A stretch of 64,000 bases of DNA from Bacteroidales bacterium (GCA_038213375.1 JBBQTB010000015.1:385-64384); one strand, 5' to 3'. Positions 10,091 through 20,789 are shown, counted from the stretch's first letter. Numbers and translations are program-made. Notes: generated by a model from the sequence alone, not told the origin.

Positions 10091-10936
10091 ATGTCGTACA
10101 ATTTATTAAAGGGTAAACGTGGTTTAATTTTTGGGGCTTTAAATGAGATGTCGATTGCCTGGAAAGTTGCTGAAAAGGCACATGAAGAAGGCGCAATATT
10201 TACATTATCAAATACTCCCGTGGCTATGCGTTTGGGAGAAGTTGATCAATTGGCTACCAAATGTGCCACTATTGTAATACCTGCTGATGCCACCAGTGTT
10301 GCCGATTTGGAAAAGCTCATATCAAAATCAGTAGAACATTTAGGAGGAAAGTTGGATTTTATTCTTCATTCTATTGGTATGTCCCCCAATGTTCGTAAGG
10401 GAATTCCTTATGATGATATTAATTATGAAAATTTTTTAAAGACGTTGGATATTTCGGCTCTTTCGTTTCACAAAGTACTTCAGGTTGCACGAAAACAAGA
10501 TGCAATTAACGAATGGGGTTCTGTGGTAGCTTTATCCTATGTTGCCGCGCAGCGCACTCTTGATAGTTACAATGATATGGCCGATGCAAAGGCATTGTTG
10601 GAATCGATCGCACGCAGTTTTGGATATATATATGGTAACGAAAAAAATGTACGGATCAATACTATTTCTCAATCGCCAACCATTACTACCGCGGGAAGTG
10701 GAGTGAAAGGTATTGAAACATTGATTGATTTTACCGAACGGATGTCTCCTTTAGGGAATGCCACAGCAGAGGAGTGTGCCGATTACTGTATAGCACTCTT
10801 TTCCGATCTTACACGCAAAGTGACCATGCAGAATTTATTCCATGATGGAGGCTTCTCCAGCATGGGTATGAGTAAAAAGGCTTTAAATCAATACGATAAA
10901 AGCTTTAAACCGTGTCCGGAAAAGGGAGAGAAATAA
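10091..10936 (+). CDS. fabI: Enoyl-[acyl-carrier-protein] reductase (FabI-type SDR)
   Basis: 281 aa. The LLKGKRGLIFG start, the HSIG motif and the overall FabI layout. Confidence 0.85.
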   Translation: MSYNLLKGKRGLIFGALNEMSIAWKVAEKAHEEGAIFTLSNTPVAMRLGEVDQLATKCATIVIPADATSVADLEKLISKSVEHLGGKLDFILHSIGMSPNVRKGIPYDDINYENFLKTLDISALSFHKVLQVARKQDAINEWGSVVALSYVAAQRTLDSYNDMADAKALLESIARSFGYIYGNEKNVRINTISQSPTITTAGSGVKGIETLIDFTERMSPLGNATAEECADYCIALFSDLTRKVTMQNLFHDGGFSSMGMSKKALNQYDKSFKPCPEKGEK

Positions 10937-10950
10937 GATTGAAAAAGGTT

Positions 10951-10989
10951 GCAAAAGCTGACAGGTTTTAATAACCTGTCAGCTTTTGC
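10951..10989 (+). terminator. 17-bp perfect hairpin downstream of fabI
   Basis: GCAAAAGCTGACAGGTT-TTAAT-AACCTGTCAGCTTTTGC, 15 nt after the fabI stop. Shares the CTGACAGGTT core with the 7.05/7.11 kb hairpins. Confidence 0.7.
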
Positions 10990-11044
10990 ATTGGTATTAA
11001 TGCAGAAAAAATCAAGTTAGTATCTATAACTAAGTAATTTGAAA

Positions 11045-11269
11045 TCATTTCTTAACTCCCTTAAGAAATTTATCCTCATTAGTATGCCACCAATCCTGAT
11101 TAATCTGTTCCGCTATACACAAAATATCAGAATTAAATCTTGACTTTTGAGCCAAATTCTCAATCTGTAAAAGTTTTACGAGCGAAATCAAATAATCATC
11201 ATCAAATCCTATTTTGTTGTGTTTTAGAATTATTTGATTTCCCTTAATTTCTATAACTAAGTTTTCCAA
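11045..11269 (-). CDS. Hypothetical small protein (74 aa)
   Basis: Isolated ORF with no recognisable motif. A 20-bp perfect palindrome lies 19 nt upstream of its ATG. Confidence 0.45.
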   Translation of the reverse strand: MENLVIEIKGNQIILKHNKIGFDDDYLISLVKLLQIENLAQKSRFNSDILCIAEQINQDWWHTNEDKFLKGVKK

Positions 11270-11287
11270 ACCAATAGTTTTTACAAA

Positions 11288-11307
11288 TTTACTGTATATA
11301 CAGTAAA
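11288..11307. promoter_or_regulatory. Candidate operator: 20-bp perfect palindrome TTTACTGTATATACAGTAAA
   Basis: Exact dyad symmetry, directly upstream of the 11269 start. Confidence 0.4.
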
Positions 11308-11738
11308 AAATTCAAGCTAAACAAATCATGTTGCTAAGTGTATATATTCAACATGTTACAAACCACAGCGCGTAATTTTCAACTATTGAGTCTTGATTCT
11401 TCATTATTCATATTCATTCTTCTTTACTTAATCTTCCAATTTATAATTAAGTACATGATCATAATTATGTTAGTTTATTTTTACTAAGGGGGTAGTTTTA
11501 AATATTGAATTGAATAAATATTGCATTATATTTGAGATTCTCATTAAAAATAAGGAGGGGGTGTGTTGAAAAAATGACATTTATCAGGGTTTTAACTTAA
11601 AATTTACTACCCATTTATAAAAAATGGGATAAAATTTAAAATACCCCCTTAAATTTAATTGTAGATTGAATATTTTTTTCTACTTTGCACCCGAATAATT
11701 ATTATGTACTATTTTTATAAACCTAAATTTCAAATTCT

Positions 11739-14700
11739 ATGAAAAGACTTGCAATGTTTCTTGCATTCTTTGTGCTTGTAGGGCTGCATCTTACTATGGC
11801 GCAAACGGTGCAAATTAAGGGTTTGGTTACCAGCTCCGAGGACGGGCAACCATTACCTGGCGCTTCGATAACAGTCAAAGGCACAACAATTGGAAGCGTA
11901 ACTGATTTTCAGGGAAAATATACTCTTTCAGTTCCATCCACTGCTCAATTATTGGTGTTTAGCTTCGTGGGGATGAAAACCCAGGAAGTTGCCATTAGCG
12001 GGCGGACAATAATTGATGCCATTATTGAACCTTCAGTAGTTGGATTGGAGGAGGTTGTGGTAACGGCGTTGGGTATTACAAGGGAAAAAAAATCTCTTGG
12101 TTATACAGTACAAGACGTTAAATCAGAGGAATTAAATCAAACTAGAACAGGAAACGTAGTTACATCTCTATCGGGCAAAGTTGCCGGTGTAAGCATTACA
12201 TCTGCAACGGGTAATATGGGAGGTTCAACACGTATCACTATTCGTGGTGTAAGATCCATTAGTGGTAATAATGAACCATTGTTTGTTGTTGATGGTGTTC
12301 CTCTTGATAACTCAAGTTTTAATACTTTAGATACTCAGCGCGGAGCAGGTGGTTATGATTATGGTAGTACATCCGGAGACATTAATCCGGACGATGTAGA
12401 ATCCGTTTCAGTATTAAAGGGACCTAGTGCTGCTTCATTGTATGGTTCACGTGCTGCTAATGGTGTCATTCTTATTACTACAAAAAAAGGGAAAGTTGGA
12501 AAAGAAAAAATTGGTGTTGAAGTGAATTCTTCGGTGGCTTTTGAACAAGTTGCTCTCCTTCCTAAATATCAAAATCTTTATGGTGGAGGTTCAATTCAAT
12601 CAGATACTCCTGAAGGGTTTGGAATAGCTACCATTAATGGAACTGATTTTTTAATTCCAGATTATGCGACAGACGAAAGTTTTGGACCTAAATATAATTC
12701 GAATTTCCAGGTTTTACAATCGCACAATTTATTCGATTGGGAAGCAAATGGCAAACAAGGATTACCAAGTACTAGCCCATGGGTAGCGCCGGCGCATGAT
12801 GTAAAAGACTTCTTTGAAACTGGAGTTGCTTACACAAACAATGTTGCAGTTGCGGGTGGTGACGAAAAATCAAGTTTTCGGCTTGCATATACAAATTACG
12901 ATTTAAAAGGATATATGCCTAATTCAAAAATGTCGAGAAATAGCATTAATTTTAATGGGGATACAAAACTCGGTTCTAAATTAAAGGCATTTACCTCTGT
13001 TAATTATGTTAATTCTGCTGCTACCGGGCGCCCTTCTACCGGGTATGATGATAACAACGTGATGCAGAAGTTTAACCAATGGGGTCAACGTCAATTGGAC
13101 ATGGAAATCATGAAAAATTATGTGAATCCTGATGGTACTCAACGTGCATGGAATCGCAATGCTTGGGATGATCCAACACCTGCATATTCTGATAACCCAT
13201 ACTGGACTCGTTACCGAAACTATCAAAATGATAGTCGTAATCGGTTTTATGGAAATGTTGGTTTGCAATATAGTGTTACTTCATGGTTAAGCCTTCAAGG
13301 TAAAGTGAATGCAGACTATTATAATAACAGGGAAGCTGAGCGCGTTGCCGTTGGTTCACAAGCACTTTCTCAATTCTATGAAGGGAAACGCGAATTCTTA
13401 GAAACCAATATGGATTTTTTAGCTACGGCTAAACAAAAATTTACTGACAATATTGATTTTACCGCTACCATTGGAGGTAGTCAAATGCACCGTAAAAAAA
13501 CAATCAATAGGGAACAAACTATTGGTGGCCTTGTGATTCCAGATTTATATATTTTAACAAATTCAGTTTCAAAGCCAAACATTATTAACGATTTAACACA
13601 AGAAAGACAAATAAACGGCATTTATGGAACTGTCAATTTTGGTTTCTACAACATGGTTTATTTGGATGCTTCTTTGCGTAATGACTGGTCATCTACTTTA
13701 GCTAAGGGAAAGAATTCATACATGTATCCTTCTGTAACTGGCAGTTTCTTGTTAAATGAACTTACTCCTTTGAAGGAAATTTCCTGGTTAAACCTTGGAA
13801 AGATTCGCGCTGGTTGGGCTCAGGCCGGTAATGACTCAGATCCTTATTCTGATAAAAAATATTACGGGTATGTAAGTAATTTTGGAAGCGATGCAATGTA
13901 TCGTGTGCCAAATACCTTACATAATCCTGAACTTAAATCAGAAATGACAACGTCTTTTGAAGTAGGAACTGACTTGCTTTTCTTTAACAAACGTATTGGA
14001 TTTAGTTTCACTTATTATAACGAAAAGACTACCGATCAAATTCTTTCGGTCGCTATTTCTGGGGCATCAGGTTATGGATTTAAAACGATAAATGCCGGTG
14101 AAATTACGAATAAGGGAATAGAAGCAACCTTGAATCTTACTCCAATCTTAACAAAGGATTTTTCTTGGGAAATTGCTGTAAATTTTACACATAATAAAAA
14201 TCAGGTTGTTAGTTTAGCCGATGGAATTAGTGTTTATCAATTGACGACTGGGCCTTTCAATGTCTCTGTTAATGCTGAAACCGGTAAAGCATATGGCTCA
14301 CTCATCGGTAGAGACTATGTTTACAAAGATGGTAATAAAATAGTTGCCGCCGAAAATGTTACGGCAAAAGGTAAATATTTGAATGGGCCTGTTCAATCTT
14401 TGGGAACTGTTATGCCCGATTATTTAGCTGGGATTTGGAATACTTTCAAGTTTAAGGGTTTTGAAGTAGCTGCATTAATTGATATCCGCCGAGGTGGTAA
14501 ATTATTTTCTACTACCAATATGTGGGGTACATATACTGGTATTCTGGAAGAAACTGCTGCAACCAATGCGAACGGAAAGAATGTTCGTGACGCTGTTGCT
14601 GATGGTGGTGGACATTTAAGTGCTGGAATATATGGTATTGCAAATGCTGATGGTTCTGTTTCATACACAGATAAGAATGGTAATCCAAGTGACGTGCCGG

Positions 14701-15017
14701 TTCAAAATGAAACTTACGTAGACGGTCAAACTTGGGCACATTGGGCTTATGATGGTCCTGCTGCTCAGAATGTTTTTAAAGCCGATTATGTTAAACTTCG
14801 TGAGATCCGTTTGGGGTATACCATTCCTGCAAAAGCTATTAAATTTGTTCAGAAAATAAAGGTATCGGTTTATGGGCGTAATCTTGCCATTTGGGGTAAG
14901 GACTGTCCTCACATCGATCCTGAAAATACAACCGGTTCTGGTAATATCCAAGGGATTGAAGGTGGAGCTTTACCAAGTTTACGGACTTTTGGTATAAATC
15001 TTAGCTTTAGTTTCTAA
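11739..15017 (+). CDS. SusC/RagA-family TonB-dependent outer membrane transporter
   Basis: 1092 aa. Signal peptide, carboxypeptidase-regulatory-like N domain (VKGLVTSSEDGQPLPGASITVKGT), plug (DVESVSVLKGPSAASLYGSRAANGVILITTKKG) and C-terminal beta-barrel ending in F. Confidence 0.95.
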   Translation: MKRLAMFLAFFVLVGLHLTMAQTVQIKGLVTSSEDGQPLPGASITVKGTTIGSVTDFQGKYTLSVPSTAQLLVFSFVGMKTQEVAISGRTIIDAIIEPSVVGLEEVVVTALGITREKKSLGYTVQDVKSEELNQTRTGNVVTSLSGKVAGVSITSATGNMGGSTRITIRGVRSISGNNEPLFVVDGVPLDNSSFNTLDTQRGAGGYDYGSTSGDINPDDVESVSVLKGPSAASLYGSRAANGVILITTKKGKVGKEKIGVEVNSSVAFEQVALLPKYQNLYGGGSIQSDTPEGFGIATINGTDFLIPDYATDESFGPKYNSNFQVLQSHNLFDWEANGKQGLPSTSPWVAPAHDVKDFFETGVAYTNNVAVAGGDEKSSFRLAYTNYDLKGYMPNSKMSRNSINFNGDTKLGSKLKAFTSVNYVNSAATGRPSTGYDDNNVMQKFNQWGQRQLDMEIMKNYVNPDGTQRAWNRNAWDDPTPAYSDNPYWTRYRNYQNDSRNRFYGNVGLQYSVTSWLSLQGKVNADYYNNREAERVAVGSQALSQFYEGKREFLETNMDFLATAKQKFTDNIDFTATIGGSQMHRKKTINREQTIGGLVIPDLYILTNSVSKPNIINDLTQERQINGIYGTVNFGFYNMVYLDASLRNDWSSTLAKGKNSYMYPSVTGSFLLNELTPLKEISWLNLGKIRAGWAQAGNDSDPYSDKKYYGYVSNFGSDAMYRVPNTLHNPELKSEMTTSFEVGTDLLFFNKRIGFSFTYYNEKTTDQILSVAISGASGYGFKTINAGEITNKGIEATLNLTPILTKDFSWEIAVNFTHNKNQVVSLADGISVYQLTTGPFNVSVNAETGKAYGSLIGRDYVYKDGNKIVAAENVTAKGKYLNGPVQSLGTVMPDYLAGIWNTFKFKGFEVAALIDIRRGGKLFSTTNMWGTYTGILEETAATNANGKNVRDAVADGGGHLSAGIYGIANADGSVSYTDKNGNPSDVPVQNETYVDGQTWAHWAYDGPAAQNVFKADYVKLREIRLGYTIPAKAIKFVQKIKVSVYGRNLAIWGKDCPHIDPENTTGSGNIQGIEGGALPSLRTFGINLSFSF

Positions 15018-15034
15018 TTTTAAAAATTAATAAA

Positions 15035-16594
15035 ATGAAGAAAATGAAAAAAATATATAATCTATTAGCTCTAGTTGGGTTGATAATATTTCTTAGTGCT
15101 GGCTGTACTAAAAATTTTGAAACGATCAACACGGATCCAAACCGGCCAAATATTGTGCCTACTGTAAACCTTATTCCGACTATTGAAAAAAGATTGTTGG
15201 ATTTAACTCGAGACATTTGGTTTAGTGGACGTCAAACACTGCTTTATTCTCAATACTGGTCTCAACGTAACTATACCTCGGAGGATCGCTATGCATTGAG
15301 AGATGGATCTAATAATAGTAACTGGAACAACGTATTTATTTATTTAAATAATTGTGAAGAAATTATTAAGTTAAATACCGATGTTACTACTAAATTAATG
15401 CAATCAAAGTATGGTAATAATGCAAATCAAATTGCTGCTGCAACTGCATTAAAAAGTTGGGGTATTCAATTAATGACAGATTTGTATGGTGATATTCCTT
15501 ATAGCGAAGCATTTAATGCTGCTACGATTGCTACACCTAAGTATGATTCCCAAAAAGATATCTATAAAGATCTTTTGATAAAATTGAAAGCTGCCTCCGA
15601 AATGATTGTCGAGGGTGATACTGCCTTCGTTTCAGGAGATATCATATATAGTGGGTATGCCCCATTATGGAAAAAATTCATCAATTCCATGCGCTTACGA
15701 ATTGCTTTGCGCTTATCGAAAATTACGGATGCTGAAATGGTAGCTTTGAGAAATTCAACCTATACCGAGGCTATTGCAGCCGGCGTATTTACATCAAATA
15801 ATGACAATGCATTTGTACAGTATATAGGCGATGGAGAAAGCAATGCTCCCATGTACGAAGGAACCTTTACCGCTAAACGTAATGACTTTACAGTAACCAA
15901 AACGTTAGTGGATTTATTAAAAGGTGTGAGCGATATAAAAAACAGTAAGGTGAATCCTTTTGCTGGAATCGTTGATCCCCGTATGTACATTTGGGTGCCT
16001 AAATCTGCTAACGGAGGTTATAACGGTATGCCTTACGGTATGACCGATGCTGAAACTGGTGCAATATGGTCAACAGGTCCAAAACCTGTTCCAAGTCTTA
16101 CTGGAGCAAAAAATATTGTACTAAATGCAAATGCTCAGGTTTTTTATATGGATTATGCTGAAGTTTGTTTTATGCTTTCTGAAATAAATGGTTGGGATCA
16201 AGCATGGTATACAAAAGGTATTAAAGCTTCAATGGAACGTTGGGGTGTTGCATCTGCTGATATCGATTCTTATCTTGCTTTTGTGCCTGCCGCTAGCGCT
16301 GAGAATGTTCTTACCCAAAAATACATAGCTCATTACATGGATGGAGCTGAGGCTTGGGCTGACTGGAGAAGAACTGGATTTCCAAAAAATCTTGTTCAAC
16401 CGGGTGAATTTACCGGCCCTAAAAAGGATGGTTCATATACTATTTTTACTCCAATTATTGGAAACGCAATACCTAGACGTGTAACATATCCTGTTCAGGA
16501 ATATACGATTAATAATGCCAATGTGAGCGCAGCTGCCACCCATATGGGTGGCAACGAGCTTAGCACCAAAGTTTGGTGGGACGGCGGTAAATAA
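15035..16594 (+). CDS. SusD/RagB-family nutrient-binding lipoprotein
   Basis: 519 aa with lipoprotein signal (LSAGCTKNF), 18 nt downstream of the SusC-like gene. SusD-like length and pairing. Confidence 0.9.
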   Translation: MKKMKKIYNLLALVGLIIFLSAGCTKNFETINTDPNRPNIVPTVNLIPTIEKRLLDLTRDIWFSGRQTLLYSQYWSQRNYTSEDRYALRDGSNNSNWNNVFIYLNNCEEIIKLNTDVTTKLMQSKYGNNANQIAAATALKSWGIQLMTDLYGDIPYSEAFNAATIATPKYDSQKDIYKDLLIKLKAASEMIVEGDTAFVSGDIIYSGYAPLWKKFINSMRLRIALRLSKITDAEMVALRNSTYTEAIAAGVFTSNNDNAFVQYIGDGESNAPMYEGTFTAKRNDFTVTKTLVDLLKGVSDIKNSKVNPFAGIVDPRMYIWVPKSANGGYNGMPYGMTDAETGAIWSTGPKPVPSLTGAKNIVLNANAQVFYMDYAEVCFMLSEINGWDQAWYTKGIKASMERWGVASADIDSYLAFVPAASAENVLTQKYIAHYMDGAEAWADWRRTGFPKNLVQPGEFTGPKKDGSYTIFTPIIGNAIPRRVTYPVQEYTINNANVSAAATHMGGNELSTKVWWDGGK

Positions 16595-16615
16595 TAAACA
16601 ACTCTTTTATTAAAG

Positions 16616-16647
16616 AAAAGCCCCAGCACTTCTGGGGCTTTTCTTTT
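16616..16647 (+). terminator. Rho-independent terminator after the SusD-like gene
   Basis: AGCCCCA-GCACTTC-TGGGGCT followed by TTTTCTTTT. Confidence 0.8.
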
Positions 16648-16789
16648 AAAAAGGCTATGATATGAAACATTACTTGTTTTTTGGATTATTTATTCTTTGC
16701 AACTCACTTGCTTCACCTCAGCAGAGCCAAGAGTTTACTATTTAGAAATAAAGCAATCTAAATGAAATACTTATGCAAGAGGTTCAATA

Positions 16790-17375
16790 TGTTTTTCCTA
16801 AAATTATAGATAGGTAGATTGAATATAAAAATAAGCTTGCTGAATATGGCAAATTGAATTATAGTATTCATGAAGCTTTCCGCTTATCAAACGGAGATAA
16901 ATTTATTGGACACCATACCCGGTGTGGACACAGAAGCCGCAATTGGTATTATTTCGGAAATAGGTACAGATATGTCGGTTTTTGCAGATGAGCAGAAATT
17001 TGCCTCATGGGCAGGTATGTGCCCGGGCAATAATGAGAGTGCTGGTAAAAAAAAAGTTCACGAATTACGCACGGCAATAAGACATTCAAAGCATTGTTAG
17101 TGCAAGTAGCATGGGCTGCAACTCGAACAAAAGGAACTTATTTACGGGCAAAATATGATAGTTTAGTAGGGAGACGAGGTAAAAAGAGAGCTTTAATAGC
17201 AGTAGGACATAAGATCCTGTGCTCTATTTACCACATACTCAAAAACAAAGAAGCTTACAAAGAATTAGGTTCGACTTTTTTAGAAGAGAAGAAAATTAAA
17301 AACAAACTCAAAAGTATCAATCAACAATTGAAAGATTTGGGTTACGAGCAGGTAGTGTTGAAACAAGCAATTTAA
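16790..17375 (+). pseudogene. IS110-family transposase remnant (C-terminal domain only, frameshifted)
   Basis: LLDTIPGVDTEAAIGIISEIGTDMSVFADEQKFASWAGMCPGNNESAGKK then, after an A9 run at about 17049, the frame continues as SSRITHGNKTFKALLVQVAWAATR...GRRGKKRALIAVGHKIL. The N-terminal DEDD domain is absent. Confidence 0.8.
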
Positions 17376-17703
17376 TATATTGAACAATTATAAAAACAAA
17401 GGACGATTTTTACTGGTGGTTCATAACCCCGAAAATGAAACTGTCTTCAACAGATAAGCACAAAGGATTGCTTCTTCGAGAGCGTACATGAAATTTTTAA
17501 TTTTTTATCTGTTGTTTTTATAATTACCTAAATATCATAGATTAACAAAATTATTTACACATGAAAAAAATTATGAGTGCATATATCTCAAATAACACAC
17601 CTTAAAATTATTTTTGCGAAGAGTATGAGGTTTTTATATTTAAGATATTCAGAGTAATTTTGCAGAAAAGGATAAAATTGAAGCATTCTAAAAACTTAAA
17701 AAT

Positions 17704-17913
17704 ATGATACGAACAGTATTTACGGCGAACAAAAATAATCTAACCTTATCATTGTCTGATAATTATATAAGTAAGCAACTCGAAGTTATCGCTTTTATGA
17801 TCGATGTAGGAAAAGAAACTGCCAAAAGCAAGAATAAGGAAGTTAGCTTTGATGCTGTGAAGCTTGATACCAGAGGGTTTAAATTTAACAGGGATGAAGC
17901 AAATGAACGATAA
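17704..17913 (+). CDS. Putative antitoxin (69 aa) of a disrupted VapBC-like module
   Basis: Small ORF ending ...GFKFNRDEANER that overlaps the start of a PIN-like fragment by 11 nt. Confidence 0.45.
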   Translation: MIRTVFTANKNNLTLSLSDNYISKQLEVIAFMIDVGKETAKSKNKEVSFDAVKLDTRGFKFNRDEANER

Positions 17914-17968
17914 GGTTTTTCTGGACATCAACGTACTTGTTTATACCCTTACTCGTCGTAGCTTATAG
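17903..17968 (+). pseudogene. Truncated PIN-domain (VapC-like) toxin, first about 20 codons only
   Basis: MNDKVFLDINVLVYTL then junk and a stop. Matches the canonical PIN N-terminus (first acidic residue). Truncated where the RAYT-like remnants begin. Confidence 0.4.
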
Positions 17969-18209
17969 CTGCCACATAGCCTTGAGCCACGTTTAATATG
18001 CCTTCCATTGTCTTGTTAAACTATAACATTCAATACCGGTTTAAAATATATTTTTTCATTAACTATTGTATCGCGTTTAAATATGAATTTTCATTTTTCT
18101 AAATGTCTAATAACCTTGAGTCTAAATAGCCTGAATAGGTATCATAACTTCCAAAATTCCCCATCATTTTTTTAAAACTTTACCTACCCCGGCTCGTCAT
18201 AGCGTTCCG

Positions 18210-18422
18210 CTACGTCGCTGCCATATGGCCTCCGGCCACATTGAATATTGTCTTCCCTTGCCTTGTTAAGACTGTAACTTTCAATACAGCCACCATTTCG
18301 GCGTAGTTTCTTGCACTCGAATAAATAAAATCTTCCTTTTGCTCAGTGTAATATTCGAAGCTGTGTGGCGAATGCCTCCTGACTTCGGCAGACGAATTTG
18401 TATTTCTGATATTTACAATCAA
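18210..18422 (-). pseudogene. C-terminal fragment of an IS200/RAYT-like Y1 transposase
   Basis: Contains ...EDFIYSSARNYAEM..LKV, the typical C-terminal motif of this family. Its 3' flank (18199-18290) is repeated in degenerate form at 17953-18035. Confidence 0.4.
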
Positions 18423-18964
18423 ATAACGATGGATTTCATAAACCTGATAATAATGAGGGAATTTTCCCTCTCAGTGGTTGAAGTTCTGTTTCAATTGTAG
18501 CCCAAATAATTTCATCCTTTATTTGATAATAACATGAACCAAAATATGACGCATTCCAATCTTATCAATCGACTCAATTGAATCAAGATGTGCCTAAAAT
18601 TTCTTAGTCAATAAATATACTGCGCCGAATGGTAAACTTAACGTTGGATAAACTTGCCGTCCTTTTAGAAGCCACAACAAGAGGATGATTTTACTATTAA
18701 GAAAAGTTACGAATGCTGGAACTTCGCCGTGCGTTCTGAGTGCTAAACACGCGCCTTGCTAATTGGGTATGCAACAAATAACAAAGGTTCAGGCGAAAAC
18801 ATTGGACAATTCTTATTTATGGCTGAAGGAAGTTGCAAAAGACTATCCAAACATGTGTTTGGACATTGGCACTATAGTTTTCGCCCGTGGCGTCTTATTA
18901 GAAAGAGCCATATGAGGCGATACTGGAACTGGAATAGGAATGAAATGTTTCTTTACCTGCCCGA

Positions 18965-19207
18965 CTATATTTTCCCCTCATGTAAATCCCATATTGGAAA
19001 ACACATTTCATAATCGTTCCAAATTATATCTCCATAATCAATCGAGTATTTTTTAAACAATTGTTTATCCAAATACTTTTTCGTCATTGGGTTCCTCGCA
19101 TTTTTTAAGAAGCTAGAGAAGTCTATCAGTCTCTCAACTCCATCAGAGAATTTAAAATTAATCATATATTCCCTAATATATTCCGCTTTATTTATCGAAA
19201 TTACCAT
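18965..19207 (-). CDS. DUF2442 domain protein (small TA-like pair partner)
   Basis: 80 aa, 5 nt downstream of a DUF4160 gene. This is the common DUF4160/DUF2442 two-gene module. Confidence 0.75.
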   Translation of the reverse strand: MVISINKAEYIREYMINFKFSDGVERLIDFSSFLKNARNPMTKKYLDKQLFKKYSIDYGDIIWNDYEMCFPIWDLHEGKI

Positions 19208-19211
19208 ATCC

Positions 19212-19514
19212 TTATATTTTTTTTGTTATTTTTTCTGGAGCAATCTCAATATTGTATACAAAAAAATCTATCCACTTTCTAACAATATCATCCCTATATA
19301 ACTCAACTATCTTTTTGAATTTCTTTAAGTTTTGAACATCAAGTGGCTCTTTCCCATTAACATCCTTTATAATAACCTCTTTAAATTTCCCATTCTCAAA
19401 AATAATTTCAGCTTTACTTTCTCTATCCTGATATTTTCCATGAACATGAATAGGCTCATGCTCTTGTGAATAAAACAAGAAAATCAATCCGAAATACTCA
19501 TACAATTTTGGCAT
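19212..19514 (-). CDS. DUF4160 domain protein
   Basis: 100 aa with the typical N-terminus GLIFLFYSQEHEPIHVHGKY. Confidence 0.75.
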   Translation of the reverse strand: MPKLYEYFGLIFLFYSQEHEPIHVHGKYQDRESKAEIIFENGKFKEVIIKDVNGKEPLDVQNLKKFKKIVELYRDDIVRKWIDFFVYNIEIAPEKITKKI

Positions 19515-19809
19515 ACCTTTATCTTCAAAACAAAGATAATCAATTTATGAAAGTTCATCGAGCTTTTTTTTTCACCTGCTTGCTAACGTTGGTATCACAC
19601 CCTCGCTGGTGTGTATTTGCTATCGGTGCCTTTTTTTTAATCGTTTCCGAACGATATACCCCCTTAAATTGTCAACAATATTTTTTCCATTGTTATGAAA
19701 TAATACAAACATCCATAATACTTGTCTATCCATCTTAATTTCCTGCCAAGCAGACAAATAATCTACTTGGGTCACAATCATGTCTTCCAAAGGATTATTA
19801 TGAATTATA

Positions 19810-20154
19810 CTACAAATGTTCAGATAATTTTTTTAAAACTTTACCTACCCGGTTAATATGCTCCACAAGATCTGGATTTTTGATCGCCTGGTAGTTTAAA
19901 ACATCAAAATGATATGGCATCGGGCTTTCTTCGTTAAGTTTCCAACTTATATCCATTATAGTTGTATGTGTTATTTGATCCCCTTTCAATGCTAGATCCA
20001 CATCACTCCCATGTTTAAAATTTCCTTTTGCACGGCTTCCAAAGATAATGACTTCTTTCACCTCCGGGTATTCAGAAACCGCAGTAATTATGGATTTAAT
20101 GTCGTTGTCCGATAATCCAAACATACTACCATCATTTTTGAAGGAGTTCTGCAT
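19810..20154 (-). CDS. Nucleotidyltransferase (MNT-type antitoxin)
   Basis: 114 aa with the Pol-beta NTase motif IFGSRAKGNFKHGSDVDLAL. Overlaps the upstream HEPN gene by 23 nt. Confidence 0.85.
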   Translation of the reverse strand: MQNSFKNDGSMFGLSDNDIKSIITAVSEYPEVKEVIIFGSRAKGNFKHGSDVDLALKGDQITHTTIMDISWKLNEESPMPYHFDVLNYQAIKNPDLVEHINRVGKVLKKLSEHL

Positions 20155-20530
20155 GTAACGTTCTGAGTAAAGGATAGTAATTATTTCTTATGAGATTTAC
20201 TATTTCATTAGTGGTTGCCTCATCATATGCGTGTGAGGTTAAATTACGATCCTCCAACGCTTTTAGCCAGCTGTGTCCCTCGGTGATCAGACCTGTTTCA
20301 AAGGATTTTTTTATAGCTGCCCTTGGAGATTTTACATCCATAAACCCATTGCCTTCCAAATAATCTTTCATGGTATTCCAGGCTAATTCGAAACTCATTT
20401 CGAAGAATTGGATCAGACCGGCCTTTTGAACGATATCAGGGTTGGCAATATGTAGTGCCTTTTCAAGATATTCTAACAATCTTTCAAAGTTGCTAAAGCG
20501 TTGTCGCCATCGAATGTCTGGTTCCATCAT
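20132..20530 (-). CDS. HEPN-domain protein, HI0074-type nucleotidyltransferase substrate-binding family (toxin)
   Basis: 132 aa with an R-X4-H-like RNLTSH motif. Paired with the MNT gene. Confidence 0.85.
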   Translation of the reverse strand: MMEPDIRWRQRFSNFERLLEYLEKALHIANPDIVQKAGLIQFFEMSFELAWNTMKDYLEGNGFMDVKSPRAAIKKSFETGLITEGHSWLKALEDRNLTSHAYDEATTNEIVNLIRNNYYPLLRTLHAELLQK

Positions 20531-20789
20531 ATTTATTTTTGAAAGAATATTTTTGTTAGTGCAAAATTAGAATAAATGATGTAACAACGGTTAAATTATA
20601 ACGATTACTATGAAATGGTTTCATAAATAGTCTGTTTTACTTTTATCTATCTTTTAAGTGCTTATAACGTTCTCTTTTCAACTCATCCAAATTTGTTTCC
20701 CTGCAATCCTTATAGCTGTGAACGTTAGGCAAAAGCTGACAAATGTAGTCTCGATTATTTTTGCTATATTTACAAAAAAAAATAAAATC

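Noticed and set aside
11288-11307. SOS (LexA) box
   Set aside because: The motif is CTGT-N4-ACAG, not the CTGT-N8-ACAG of the gammaproteobacterial box. No SOS gene is adjacent. It is kept only as a generic operator candidate.
18756-19738. ORFs 18756-19013 (+ strand) and 19466-19738 (+ strand) in the TA island
   Set aside because: They overlap the DUF2442/DUF4160 genes in antisense or run through intergenic remnant sequence, and their composition is not protein-like.
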